Below, one piece after another: positions 49,301-62,400 of a stretch of 64,000 nucleotides of DNA. The stretch lies in assembly GCA_964035545.1 (NCBI GenBank), contig OZ037767.1, positions 7,332,707 through 7,396,706 of the forward strand, read 5' to 3'. How positions within the stretch are numbered: the stretch's first letter is position 1; each line of letters starts with the position of its first letter. The notes beneath the pieces are model-generated. The model was not told the DNA's origin, ran no database searches, and saw nothing but the letters and a program-made list of their open reading frames with translations. A program made the translations under genes and the position numbers. The DNA comes from Bugula neritina. Its lineage: Eukaryota; Animalia; Bryozoa.

Positions 49301-52300
49301 TTTTCTCTTTTAAACAATATGCATATTGCCCGGTTTTATTGGCGTGTTTGCATACAATGTGATTTTGAATGTTGAAGTTAACTCAAAGTTCACCTCTCCG
49401 TTCCTCTCCGTGAAAATGGATAACCAAATGGCGCGAAATTACTGCGGAGTTGTCTATTTATTAAGCGACTTACTTTCAAAAGTCTTGTAATAAAAACAAA
49501 AACTAAATTTAATTTCTCTAAAGTTTCATTTTTATTTTGAATAAATATTGAAAATTTGTTATTAATTATATTGCTGCATAAAAATTATAGTTATTTGTCA
49601 AATTTCACGAAGAAATATTGCAATTCAAGTTTGAGAGAGATTACCTGACGCATCCGCTTAGCAACATTTTACGGGTTTCAAATTGAAATTCAATTGACTT
49701 GTTGAAATAAATGAAAAAATATTCCCAATTCTCTCAATTAACCTACATCCTACAAATAGGTGAGTGTTTCATGACATTTAATCATTTGGTGGTTTTAATT
49801 TATAACTAATAATATTTAGTAGGAGTTGCAAGTTGTTAATATTTGACTTACTCAAAGTCCAACTTTTACAATTACAGTTTGAGTTTGAAATTGATGATTA
49901 TCAATATCGTCATGATAACGATTATTATAATCCATCAATTACAGAAAATAAATGCTAATGATTATATTCAGTGTAAAATAGACTCAGATATTTTGCAAAT
50001 TATATACGCACTAAGACTTTTTTAAAGAAATAATGTTTATTATAGGTGTTATCCGTTTATGGCAGTTACGGAGTATAACAGAGAGTGAGACGAAGATAAT
50101 TTTGAAAAGTTGGCCAAAGACTGAAAAAACTTATACAATTATAAAAAATAGCATATTTTTTATTGTAATAATTTAATTGTATCTTTTCAATTTGTAAATG
50201 AATAATTTCTTTTGCAATGCATCTGATCATGTAGAAAATCAATCAATTCTATTCTGCTAAAAAAATTAGTGTATGAAACATTCACACAATATATGTACTC
50301 ATAGTTGTTTATGATGAATAAATTTGAACAATTTTCCCTCTTACAACCAGTTTTAAGTCAATTTTCTGTTTTATTTTACTTTGTAGCTAATGAATAACAA
50401 TCTTACCAGCCTAAAGCTAATGCTCTATGTATACTGAAATTGCTGTAATGTCATATACCTACTTGCATCAAACTGTTGGATTACCCACTCAAATCAATTT
50501 TTTACATATATATTTGAATTCAGCAGGTCAAATTACATCAGTTGGGCAAATTTTGTAATTTTCAAGCAAAAAATAATTTTTGCCTTGTTTTTCCCAGTTT
50601 GTACTAAATTAGGCAAACACACCCATATACATTATATACAGGTATATATACATCATATACTAGTATATATACAACATATACTAGTATATATACACATCAT
50701 ATACTAGTATATACACAACATATACTAGTATATACACACCATATACTAGTACTAGTACTAGTATATATTGTACACATCACTAGACTGAGTAAACTCTAAC
50801 CTTTGTCCTCAGTTTGGCAGCCTGCTGTTCAAACTTTCCTTTTTCATGAAACTTGAAGCCCCGTCTTGGCCGAGAAGGGCCGGACATGCTAGAAACAGTT
50901 AAATACACTGCAATCAGCTTCAACACACTGTAAATACTAGCAACTTGAGAAATGAACGAAAAAAAATTAGTTATCAACTTAATTTAAAAAAATCCCTACA
51001 AATGCAAATGAATTAAAGCAAAACGAGAAATATTTTCCAATAGTATCAACATTGCTATGAAAAAATAAAAAATTTCAATTTAATAGAACCGAAAAAATTG
51101 ACAGACTTGGACGAATTTGAAGCAAAGATACGAACACCAATATAAACATAGCCTGAGCATCAGTCTTTAGAGAGCAAGTGTGCTCTACAATGAACACATC
51201 GTACAATGGGGAGTGAGAGAAAGGAGTAGAAGGTGCTGGTCAGACGTACCTGACACGATTATCAAAGTACTTTGAGTCGCCAATCTCTTCAGGGGGCTTT
51301 TCAATGGCTGTCTTGAACTGCTCCCTCATCTTAGCCCGAATATTAGCCTGTGGTCATACATACAGATATAGTCTGTGGTCATACATACATATACAGTCTG
51401 TGTTCATACATACATATATAGCTTCTGTAAGTACAAACCCACGCTAATATTTGACAGATGACAACACGTTTACTTTCAGCATAGTAAAGTGTACAGAGAC
51501 TTACACCTACATACAAGATACTTACCTTTAAAGTAGGAACATATGCACTCTTCATCTCCACCACTTCTCCAGTTGTTGCATCTACTGTTCTACCAAAGTC
51601 ATCCAGGATAAGGGGCGTGGGTCTGAAACAGCAGTAACACATGAGCTGTACAATGGAACAACAACTAATCAAATAGACAGGAATGCCAGTTAACAAATTA
51701 TCACAAGAAAATATATTTGTATCTTTTATATTTTTCATCTACGAAAATATCAAGTTTGTAAACTTTACAAAAACAAGAACTTTGAACTAACTTGGCAGAC
51801 GGAGCACCATTGGCTGAAGAGGGAGGAAGTTTCACACTGTTTAGTAAGTTAGCCATGTGCGGTGCTGTCCAGGACTGCTGTATCCGGGCCTGCAAGTCAG
51901 CCGTCCTGTTGTTGGCAGCTGGATCCACTCTCGCCTAAACATAGAGCATCAGGTCCCTTACTGCTATGTGCAGTTGACTTTTAGTGGCAGCATAGCAGCA
52001 GCATCAACACACAAGAATGAATTAGTTGAAAGAATCCCTGACACATCACATTTATGCATTATTAAAATATTCTTAGGTATTATCTACAGACTGTTTAAGG
52101 GTAGTATGCAAAAACAATGCTGTTTATAATATATTTTGTGCATATCCTGAATTATTTTTGAATTTCTGATCACTTGCAAATAACAATTCCAGTTGGCTCT
52201 GGGGTCCGCAGCATAACATAACTAATATTAATTATTGCTGATTTCCATAAACATTCCGTGTATTTATAGCAATAGAGCCTTACTACTGTACTGCTTTTAA

Positions 52301-52880
52301 ACTGCGTAATTTGAGCCTTCGCTTTCGTCATCATTGCTTTGATCTGTTCAGCAGATACTGCACTTTGCTGCACAACTTGGGTTGTAGAGGTCTCTGTTTT
52401 CTGCTCTTCCTCATTGACCTCTTCGCCACGCCTCTTCTTTCTGCTACTGTGCTCGCTATCTCTGTCTTCCTATAAGGTAGTTAATTGTGGAAACAACAAT
52501 ATTTTTAAATGAAAACAAAACAATTTTTTATTTTTTTTACAAAATCTAAAACTATATTCTGTTACTTTATCTAATTCCAGCTATCAAATAATCATCTTAT
52601 TTCATACTATAGAATAAATATTAGCTATGCATGGTAAACTATTTCAACTGATGATAAAATTTTCACAAACACATTAAGCTGAAAACTTAAACCGCAATAT
52701 AATGTAATGTTGTATGTATGTTTACAAGATCTTATTCTTATTGGCCAAACCAACCTTGCGCTTCCGCCTACTTGATTCTCGATCATCCCTACTGTGATCT
52801 CTATCGTGATGGGAACGACTTCCATGATCTCTATCATGGCGGCTGGAGTTGTGATCCCTGTCTCTGTGTCTGCTAGACAT
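43314..52880 (-). CDS. PRPF3: U4/U6 snRNP protein Prp3, multi-exon
   Basis: [149 protein letters not shown]. Confidence 0.95.
43503..43950. repeat. 35-bp minisatellite (CTACTAGCTAGATGYAACATTGCTAGGGTACAWGT) in the last PRPF3 intron
   Basis: About 13 copies starting roughly 30 nt from the acceptor. Confidence 0.95.
44265..44570. mobile_element. Degenerate foldback/MITE
   Basis: Left TTTTTAGCTATTT..TTAGCTGCTAA..GCCC..AACTAAT..TTTGCTTGGTTTCCTATG mirrors right CATAGGAAATCAAGCAAA..ATTAGTT..GGGC..TTAGCAGCTAAAAATAGCTAAAAA. Confidence 0.6.
44755..44940. repeat. 15-bp minisatellite (AGTAATAACAGTGTA)
   Basis: About 12 copies. Confidence 0.85.
45395..45595 (+). mobile_element. tRNA-headed SINE, copy C
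   Basis: B-box GGTTCAAGTCC followed by GATGTTAGGAAGAGCATCCAGTCATAATTGCTCTAGTG...GTGACTATAGGTGAG. Confidence 0.65.
46640..46918. repeat. ~138-bp tandem duplication in a PRPF3 intron
   Basis: TTGAAAAAYAAGGACTTATAAATTAAACTAGTTGGTATAGAA...CATATCCACACCRCC occurs twice (46640 and 46778). Confidence 0.9.
48983..50624. mobile_element. Degenerate TIR element inserted in a minisatellite
   Basis: Ends GGCTATGTCCACTTAATTTAGTACAAA / TTTGTACTAAATTAGGCAAACACACCC; both flanks carry the CATATACTAGTATATA repeat or a variant. Confidence 0.5.
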
Positions 52881-54598
52881 AATTGTAGTTTAGATCAACT
52901 TTGATGGGTGCTCTGTAAAATAAAAACTAAATATGAGCTAAATAAAACTTTAATTATGTTAAAAGACTGTAAGACTAGCCACAAATATAAACAAACAAAA
53001 ATAATTCAGCTAAATTTATTTTGACCATAAGAAAAATAAAACTGCAAACCAAATGTATTAAAAAATGTTTCTAGTGATAAAATTACTAAACCAAATTTGT
53101 ACTGTTTAGCACTCCCTAATCAAAGAGACCTTCAAGTTTGCAATCTGGTCTAAATTAATTATGGAGCTGCATGGTTTACTATCAGACAATGTGAATGATA
53201 TATCATATATCAATATGGTAATTTGTTCGAACAAAACTTGAAAGATTAGACTAAAATGCTTTTTTTAGTCAACAGTGATTGTAGGTCTAACATTAACATT
53301 AATAGCTTTACATGGTCTTTACTTCTATGTTGCAGAGTCAGATGAATCTAAAAACATGATGATCATAATGATGATCATTATGATGTCAAAATGAATATAA
53401 ATACATAATTATAATGATTATGTATTCATATTGAATACATAATCATGATAATCACTATGCATTGATAATGTATTCAATACATATTGATAATCAATATTGT
53501 ATCACTCATCACTGTATCAGTGTATGACTATCACAATCACTATCACTGTGACTATCTTCTGACTCTCACGCTGACTTCTACGACTACTTCTAGTTCTGAG
53601 TCTCAGTGATCAGTCTCAGAGTCAGTCTGACAACTTAAAAAACTATAACTATATTTTACTAGTTATCTTATGCAGTATAGATAATTATAAAAATGCTGAG
53701 TATTGACAAACAGAATTGCAGTGAATTCAAAAGTAGACGTAAAACTGAATGTAATTTATTTGAAAAACACTCCAGAATTACTGAAATTTCCATCAACCAA
53801 CGTCTTAAAGCGCATTTTTGGCCTTGAAATTAATACTTGTGTCAAGGCTTAGTCTGAACAATAACTACGCAGTGTAGTATCGCTATATGCAAATCCCCCA
53901 ATTGTAGTGAATGCAATCTATTTATTCACCGCAATAGTTTCAACAACTATTCTGACAATAATCTTTTTAAATTATTTTATAAACTTTTTTCTTCAACTTT
54001 TACTTTAAGTTTAAGACTATTAGTAACTAGAAGTAATAATCAGTATGAATGTGAATATTTTAATTATAATTATTATAATAATTATTATATTTTAACAATA
54101 CTTCTGTATGATAAGTTAAATATTAGGACTATCAGTATGACTATGAGTGTTACTGTTACTGTTAGTGGCTGTAAGACTAAGTGTAAGTGAAGTCACCCAG
54201 CCTGAGTCTTATCAAGGAAAAGTGAATATTTGAAGATATCTGCCAAAAGCTAAGGGCCAGAACTTTAATGCTTGAAACATTTCTGTTCAAGCGCTGCAAG
54301 TGAAGTGTACTCAGTATTGAATATGCGCACATTGCCAACTGTCCTAGGATTAACTTCTAATCACTAATGGTCCTTTGTGCAATACACATAGTGATAGTCT
54401 CCATAACTTACAAGTACATCAGAATTAGTTGCCTCTTCACTATCTTTTGATAGTTTAGTTATATGTTCGATTTAACATTAGTTTATAATCTGTTGTTTTT
54501 ATTTATTACTTTTAAAATTTTCAAAAGTGACAATGCTGAAAATAGAATGCTGACAGATTAAAGTTGTTAGGTTTTTATCATTTCACAGAGCAATTGCC

Positions 54599-55980
54599 AT
54601 GATCGCTGATAATAATTGGAAACTGGAGATAGAAGAAAATACAGATACCTGTAAATCTTACCGTGTATATAGAAAGAGACTCACATTCTTCCACCTACTT
54701 TTCAGTCCACTTGTGTCATTAGTATGTCTAGTCATAGCAGTGTACGTAGGCTATCATCTTGTTGCTGAATTCTCTGAGGAAACTAATATATTTCACCAGG
54801 TTGGTTTTTAATTTATGCCTAGTCAAAATATTTATTTATATCAGTTAGCTGAAGACTTTAAACCAAATTCTGGGAGCTTTTAGGTCGAATTGAATTGTGT
54901 TAAATGAACATGATTGAGCTTTGTAAATGTATTTTACTTGTGGGCCTTTTTGTCTTTGTAGGAACTGGTGTTCACTTCTGTATTTGTTGGACTCTGTATC
55001 ATAATGCTCATGCGCGGCCTTCAATCAATGCATACGTGTGAAGGTAAATGTTGTGTTTGGTGTATTACTATTGCTGTTATATGCAATTTATAGCATGTTA
55101 TACATACTGTGTGTATATTCTTTCAAACAACAAATACGACTTTTTCTAATAGTTAATCAATTATTAATTTATAATATCAAAACACTTCTAAATGAACTAA
55201 TCTCAAAGTTAAAACAATTATATTAAAAAGTCAGCACCACTCATATTTTATTATATTGTTTACTTGCACATATTTATTTGTTATAATCAGAGAGTGTCTT
55301 AGTCAGCCAAGGATTTGGGATTCAGGTAACCAGCACCAAGTCATCTGGATCTACCTCTTCATCTTTCTATCCCATTCAGAATATACACAGTATCGTCATC
55401 AACGAAGGCATTAGCATGGTTTGTGTATTTTTATACAATTTATATTACATTCTTCAATGCTAATTAGCAATTATTTATATTATATTATTTAATGCTAATT
55501 AACAGTTATCCACATTAAAAAGCACCATTTTAAATTGCTATGTTGTATTACATTTTATTGTGAATTTTGTCAAATAGAACACTCTTTGGCATACTATCCC
55601 TATATGTTGTGTCTATGCTTTGTAGCATCAAATCGTGTTTTACTTGGCTTTGGTGTTGAAAAATGAAACCAGTGTGGAGCTTGAGTCATTACAACCACTG
55701 TTTATGGTAAGGTACATTCTGAAGCTGAAGATTGTAACTCTGGTAATAATATAGCTCTATTTACATGCTAATATTTATATTTTAAAATACTATTATAATT
55801 TTCAACACAGTTGAATATTATAAATTGCTACCAATTTTGCTTTGGTTATACCAACTATTATAATGAAAATCTGATATTATTTTACAGAATTCCAGACCTC
55901 GGTTGCCTCTGTTACAAGTTCTTTACACCGACATGAACAAAACATTTTCATTGGGTTCAACCAGTAAATCTGAGAGTTGA
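54599..55980 (+). CDS. PIGH: GPI-GlcNAc transferase subunit H, 5 coding exons
   Basis: Two TM segments, then ESVLVSQGFGIQVTSTKSSGSTSSSFYPIQNIHSIVINEGISM-HQIVFYLALVL...PLFM-NSRPRLPLLQVLY, the PIG-H signature. Confidence 0.9.
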
Positions 55981-56416
55981 ATGGGTAATAATATTAGATA
56001 TATAGGGCCATGTTCTTCTAGCTATGTTTTTATTATAATGAGTTATAATAATATGAGGTCCTTTGCAGTCGTGTATGTTTTTATGTTTCTCAACTGATTG
56101 CTAAGCACTTTACAGCTTAATATGGGAGAGTAGAAATTAGTTTTGTAGAATTACACGTACTCTATCAACATCGCTTTTTAGTTTTACTTTCTTGAAATAA
56201 TTTATTGGTTAAAACCTGTCGTACGTTGACAATGTAACTGCGGCAGACGTAATCCACACCCCATGTTGACTCATGGCGGAGTATGGATGACTAGAAACAC
56301 TACGCTTACGTGTATATATATATGCATACATAACACAATATATGTATAAACATAAAAACTCAAACTGGAATTAAGACTGAGATGGGACAGGAATATTCTA
56401 GAAGCTTTAGAATATT

Positions 56417-59400
56417 CTAGAAGCCTTTAGAAGCCTGGTACCAAGTCTCCATTGTGTCATCGTCTCGAAACTGTGCCACCTCATCCTCTTCACTGAACTC
56501 TATTGTTCTGTGTTTCTTAGGTGGTGTGGGCTCAGTGAGTGGCGGGATGTACTTTTCTCTCGGTGACAGAGTGTTGGGGGACGGTGGTGAGGACAAGAAG
56601 ACTGTAGACGTTTGGGGACTGGACTCTGTGCACTACAAACATACAGACTATAAGATATCAGTCATTGTCTGCTCTCTGAACCTCTCTCAAGATGTGACTA
56701 ACTCTGAGTCAGAGTAGATATTGAATTGTGAAATCATCTGATTTATATGGCTTTATTTCTTTTAAATTGGAGTTATCTTATTAAACTGTTACCCTGTGTA
56801 TATGACTTGTGTGGCTATTTACCTCTACTTGCGTGTTCTTAGTTATCCGTGATTGCGCTTCGTAGATCACTTTTTGATTTTTTGTCATTCGATTCCATTT
56901 TCTTACACCTACAATAAAATATGTATATGAATAACACAAATGCATGTACATTTTTTGTAACACAATGTAGTTGTTGAAAAAATAAATTTTATAAATTTTG
57001 CGATACTCTAATATTTCCAAGCTGTTTTCTTATCGTGATCATCCTGTCTCAACACTTTAAATTGATTTCTACAGTGATATGACCTTGCCAGTCAGAAATC
57101 ACTTTGTACTATGCTAAGATACATCAATGGATTTTGTGCATCTAAGCGGCTGTGAAGCCACGCAACTGATGCATAAAAAACCGGCTGCAAAGTATTCTTC
57201 ATTCGTTGACCTTGCAGGAAGCACTACTCGACTTTAGGACAACTGATATCTTAGCCACAAAAGGCAAAAAAGGGAATTGTAAAGTAATTCACTTACTGTG
57301 TAGTTCATTGGTTACCCAGCAATCAGCTAACTAATAAATTAAACAGCTGCAATTCCTAAAGTACTCCAATAACTTATCTGGTAAACTACTAAAAATTGAA
57401 TTGCATCACTAGGGATAATGTCATTGTAAAAGCAGACAATCCTTATTTTTTAAGATAGATTATGTTTAAATAATACACTATACATTAGTTGCTGATAATT
57501 TCAACTTAACAATGAAAATATTTTGCAATCTAGAGATATGCTGGTAATGCATTGTATTCGTACAAATATATTATTGAGACTGGCTGCCCAGCATGTTTTA
57601 CCTCTCATGAACAAGTCTTGTTTGGTGAGACGGGATTGTGTCTTCAAGTTTTTACGTTTCTCGTATTCTTTGTTGAGGTAGTCACTCATAAATATCTGAT
57701 AGGCTGTCTTGGGTTTTGCTGATCTCTCCTGGTGTTTCTTACTCTATGAAAGAAGTTGAGATGACAACAACTCTTCATACACTGACACTCTGGTGTCTGC
57801 TGCATATAGCCTAAGTTCTATGCACTGCTTATGCATTTGAGACACTCTATGTATAGTTGGAAGCACATGCACAAATAATTGTTTCGTATATTAGCAGTGC
57901 TGAATGCATAATATATGAATCTGTTTGGCATAATTTACATAAAAAATTGGCAATTTATAATTGGGTTTTCTACTACTTGCTTTGTAGTATTTTACTTTGT
58001 ATAAATATTTTACAAAAAATGCATATAGCTATAAAATAAAGCTTTAGTATATTGACTACTTGTGAGCAATAAATTTACACATGGTGTACAAATGACCATG
58101 ATACATGGCATTAAAAGGTGCAAACAAGTTTTAGCAGCTAGCACAAATAATCGCTATACTAAATAATAATTGCTTATACCACAATATATATAAATTATAT
58201 AGTGTAATGCACTATATATTTTGACATTACATAATTACAAACTTATAAATTTGTAAATCCTGTAAATAGAAAAACTGTTCTAAGTTTTGTATTCAAAATG
58301 AGATTCATCTTCACCTGATATTCTCTCATTTTGTTCAAATATTCATCTTGTTTCAGCTTAGCCTCTTTTTGAAACTCCAACTTTTTATGAGCCGACATGT
58401 CTCGCCAAACCTCAGCTCCTGCATTATTAGTAATATAGAATTAATATAGAATAGATAATATAGAACTATAAATATAAAATAAATAATATAGAAGTAATAT
58501 AAAATGATTAATGTAGAATTAACATAAAATAATTTTTATATAATCATTATAGGATAATTATAATAGAGAATTAAATTAAAGTCAAATCTGATGGCTAATT
58601 TTTCAATGTGTAATAAACAAATCTCTCATATGCCTGTACTAATATGTTATCCAACTTCTATATTACAAATAAAGCATTTTTGGCAAGGTTACTAATGTCA
58701 TCTCCTTTTTAAAGCACAATTTAGCAGTATATTTTGTAAAATATATACTGTACATACAGTGAAGTATACTCACAAGTTACATAGGTTTATAGTTGCCATT
58801 CCTCCGAGAACCTTCTAGGAAAAATTATTTTTAAGCCAGCTAGGGCTTTTCACTCTTATGGTGAAGTATGCAATTGCATGTAAAATTTGTCTATATAATG
58901 TAGCAACTAAGTAGTAGGTATTATAAGTTACCACCCACCTATATCAGTCATCTCTGAGAATGGGATATTAGGATACTGAGCTGAGTATTTCCCTCTAAAC
59001 TCATTCATAAACAGTTTGAATGCTGTTAGTGGTCTCTGAGGTGCATCAGGATCAAAATATGGTTCAGTGGCTGGCTTTATCAAGTGTCTATAAGAACACG
59101 GGTCAATATTTTTATTATTCTAATATATTATAATTAATTGTGGTACTAACTCTAATTGCATAAGTTACTATTTGACACAAGTTTTTACCTTAATAATTGT
59201 TGATATATAAGTATTAAAGGATTGCTCTATCTTGTCTAATAAATGGCCATTTAGGTCAAACACACATAATATTGTGTTTTTCTAAGCATGCATTGACAAA
59301 AAGCATTTGACCAAAGGTAGAAAAAGTTAGTTGAAGTTGAGGGTGTAGATTGGTAACAGCCAAAACGCCGATTTTGAAATGAGCTGGGAAATGTGACGTA

Positions 59401-62400
59401 ACAGCGCCAGCATTCCTGCTGGTCACGTGACTATACAAAGGAATAACTATAGAAATATGACTGTGAGATGTGATCTTTCAGCTCGTAATTTGTATATTTA
59501 TAGAAGTGCAAATGTGAATTATCTCAATCTATAGTTTTTTGACATGTTAAATAACATGTATGTGATAACATTAGGCCATATTTTGCTTGTAAACATAGAA
59601 AAAAGCATTGCAAAAACATGCATTCTTTAGGATGAATGCCTGCGATCGATCTAAACTAGGTCAGATTGTGCAATATTACGGGCGCACCAAAGCTGACCTA
59701 TATAGCGCACTGTAACTGCTTGAGCGTTATTGGTTGGTGTTGCGCTAAGCAACCTTGAATACTAGCGTTATAGTTAGCCTAGGGCCACACGGTGCATATT
59801 TTCGCATGCGAAAATTGAAATCACAAGTAGCCAAGGTGTCCACTGTGCGCGTTGAGAAAACGTTCGCACTTGTCGCTCTGCATTTTCAACGCAAGTGCGA
59901 ATCGTCTCTGTCGTCGTCACCTAATTGGCTGGAAGTTATTCAGCGAGCCCAATTTCTTTATTTAGTGCTACATTCCAGTAAATTGCGTTTTATTGAAAGC
60001 GAGTGCGATTTAAAAATGAAAGCTTTATTTATCACGCATCACTGACGCTACAGTGGACCACCTTTGCTACTTGTGATTTTAATTTTCGCATGCGAAAATA
60101 CGCACAGTGTGGCCCTAGGCTTAGCACGTGCAGCATAGTTACTGGCGTTCACACGTCACGTATTAGGCTATTCGTTTTCATGGCTGAAAATTTTACTTCC
60201 CTCAAAATTGGAATTTTGAAAAGCTGTTTTCTAGGCACATATCCCTTTGCAAAGTCACAATTGTTTGCATACACATTAGATTATAGTTCATAATTATAAT
60301 GTGATTGTAATAAACTAAGATAGAGCAATCCTTCAAACTTAAATGGTTTTAAATAAGAAAAGGATTACATTGTATAACTTATTGTTATATACATATTGTT
60401 TTGTAGTGCAATGAAACTTTAGCTTCAAAGGTATATTTTGTTATTACTGCTGAAAATAATTAATAATCAGTTATTTTATGTGAATACTTAAGGACAGAAT
60501 TTGCAAGTTTTTAACATTAGCTGAAGTTTGTTCATAGAAGGATCTTACTTAGTAAATTGTAATAGAAAGCTTTATTGTGACATAGTTTACCTCTTTTCTA
60601 TTGGTTTGTTAACAACTCTTTGTTTACTCTTCAACTTCTTGCTAGAATAAGTTTTACTTCTTCTGCTTGTAGCTAGTTTGCTAGCCCGAGGTCTTTTCTT
60701 TGAAGATTTTGAGTTTTGTTTGGAGTTAGCTCTCCTTTCCCTACTTCTACTCGAAGCTTCCTGATGAGCCTCAGGCGGTTCATCTTCGTTTATACCATCA
60801 CTTTCCTCGTCAGACTCCATCTCCTCATCTTCTACATCGGTTGCTGCGTTAAAATCTGCAGACGTCCCAACACTAATGTCTGGGAAAAGTTCCTCAGGCT
60901 ATTATTAAAGCAAAAAATTTTCCCAAATGTAGATTAGAGTTACGAGTTTGATTTTGGAGGTTTGGGGTTCAGGCAATGATTTCTATACAAACACTGCACT
61001 CAACGACCTCCAACTTTGTGCTGTTTATAGTGATTCCCTATTTTGTAATCGACACAACTGATCTATTTTAAATTTTTTTCAACTTTTTCAAAAAAATTTC
61101 CAGTTTCAACATATGCACCAGCTTATGACAGTTATTAACATTGTGCTACAATTATTTTTGCTGTGCAAACTCCAAACAAGGAGAGCTCCATGGAAGACAT
61201 GAATGCATGTTTTTCCAACACTTGATTTTCTAGCAAACAAATTAGACCACAGTGGGGGCCATTGGAACCGAGAGAAGATATCTTTCCGCTACCACTGTTG
61301 CAAGTTTATGCCTTTATGTTTTTATGCAAGTATAATTTATGCACCTGAGGAGCTCCTTTTGGGATGTTTATAATACACTAATGCACAGCATATAAATATT
61401 GATGAGGTGACTGCAATATAATGTAATGTTGTTATGATGTCCTAGTGACAGCAAATACACTGCAGCTTTTATCAGATTGCTAAAAGATGATAGCACTTTC
61501 AAAAACAAAACGTCTATAATATCTCTTAACTACCGCAAAATGACCAATATATACATGCAGTGCAATGCAGTATAAGGCCTATTTTCTAATTATGTTTTCA
61601 AAAAGTGCTTTATAAATGACCAACCAACAAGCATTCACTTTGCCGGTTCCTTTATTAATTAGTTAACAGGAGATAGAAATTTTACATGCGGGTTAGATGA
61701 CAACTAACTGCAAGGAGGTTTGTTTTTATTGGTTGAATTTGCAAAGTCCAATTAACACGGGAATATTAATATGTATTTCTACACGCCATCGCGATGGATT
61801 ATGAAGCAACTGTTGCATAAAATCAAAAGCAGCTATAAACTAGTGCTGAACAGTATTGAAAGTACTAAAGTTATTATTTAGGCATTCAGATTTTTTAGGT
61901 ACTAAGTTGCTAAATTCTTTGCTTATTTGTTGTGTAAAATAGTTTCTTTTAATATAAATATGATAGCAAGGGTATTAATCACTATAACATACTATATAGG
62001 TTGCAACACATATCAATAATCTACCTTAATATTATTAATACATTATAACTTTTATTGAACTTTTAGTTATAATCAAAGCTTTAACACAAACCAGAGTTAA
62101 TATATTTTAAAACTTTTCTAGAATTACAGCAAGGCTTGAATGTATTATTAACATTATATTGGACATGCATTTTCAATTACACATAAGTGTAATTTTTTTC
62201 AAAATCTCAATTTTTAAGAAAGGAACGAGTAAAACTGGCAATTATTTTTATCCCACTTTCTAAGATGCCTATTTTATAGCCAACACTTTGGAATAGATGC
62301 ACACTATTTATGATGACCTCAAACAGGATATACACATTACATGCCGAATATATAAAATGTGTTGCCTGTCGGTACCTCAATAAGTTATTTAATGCCAGAG

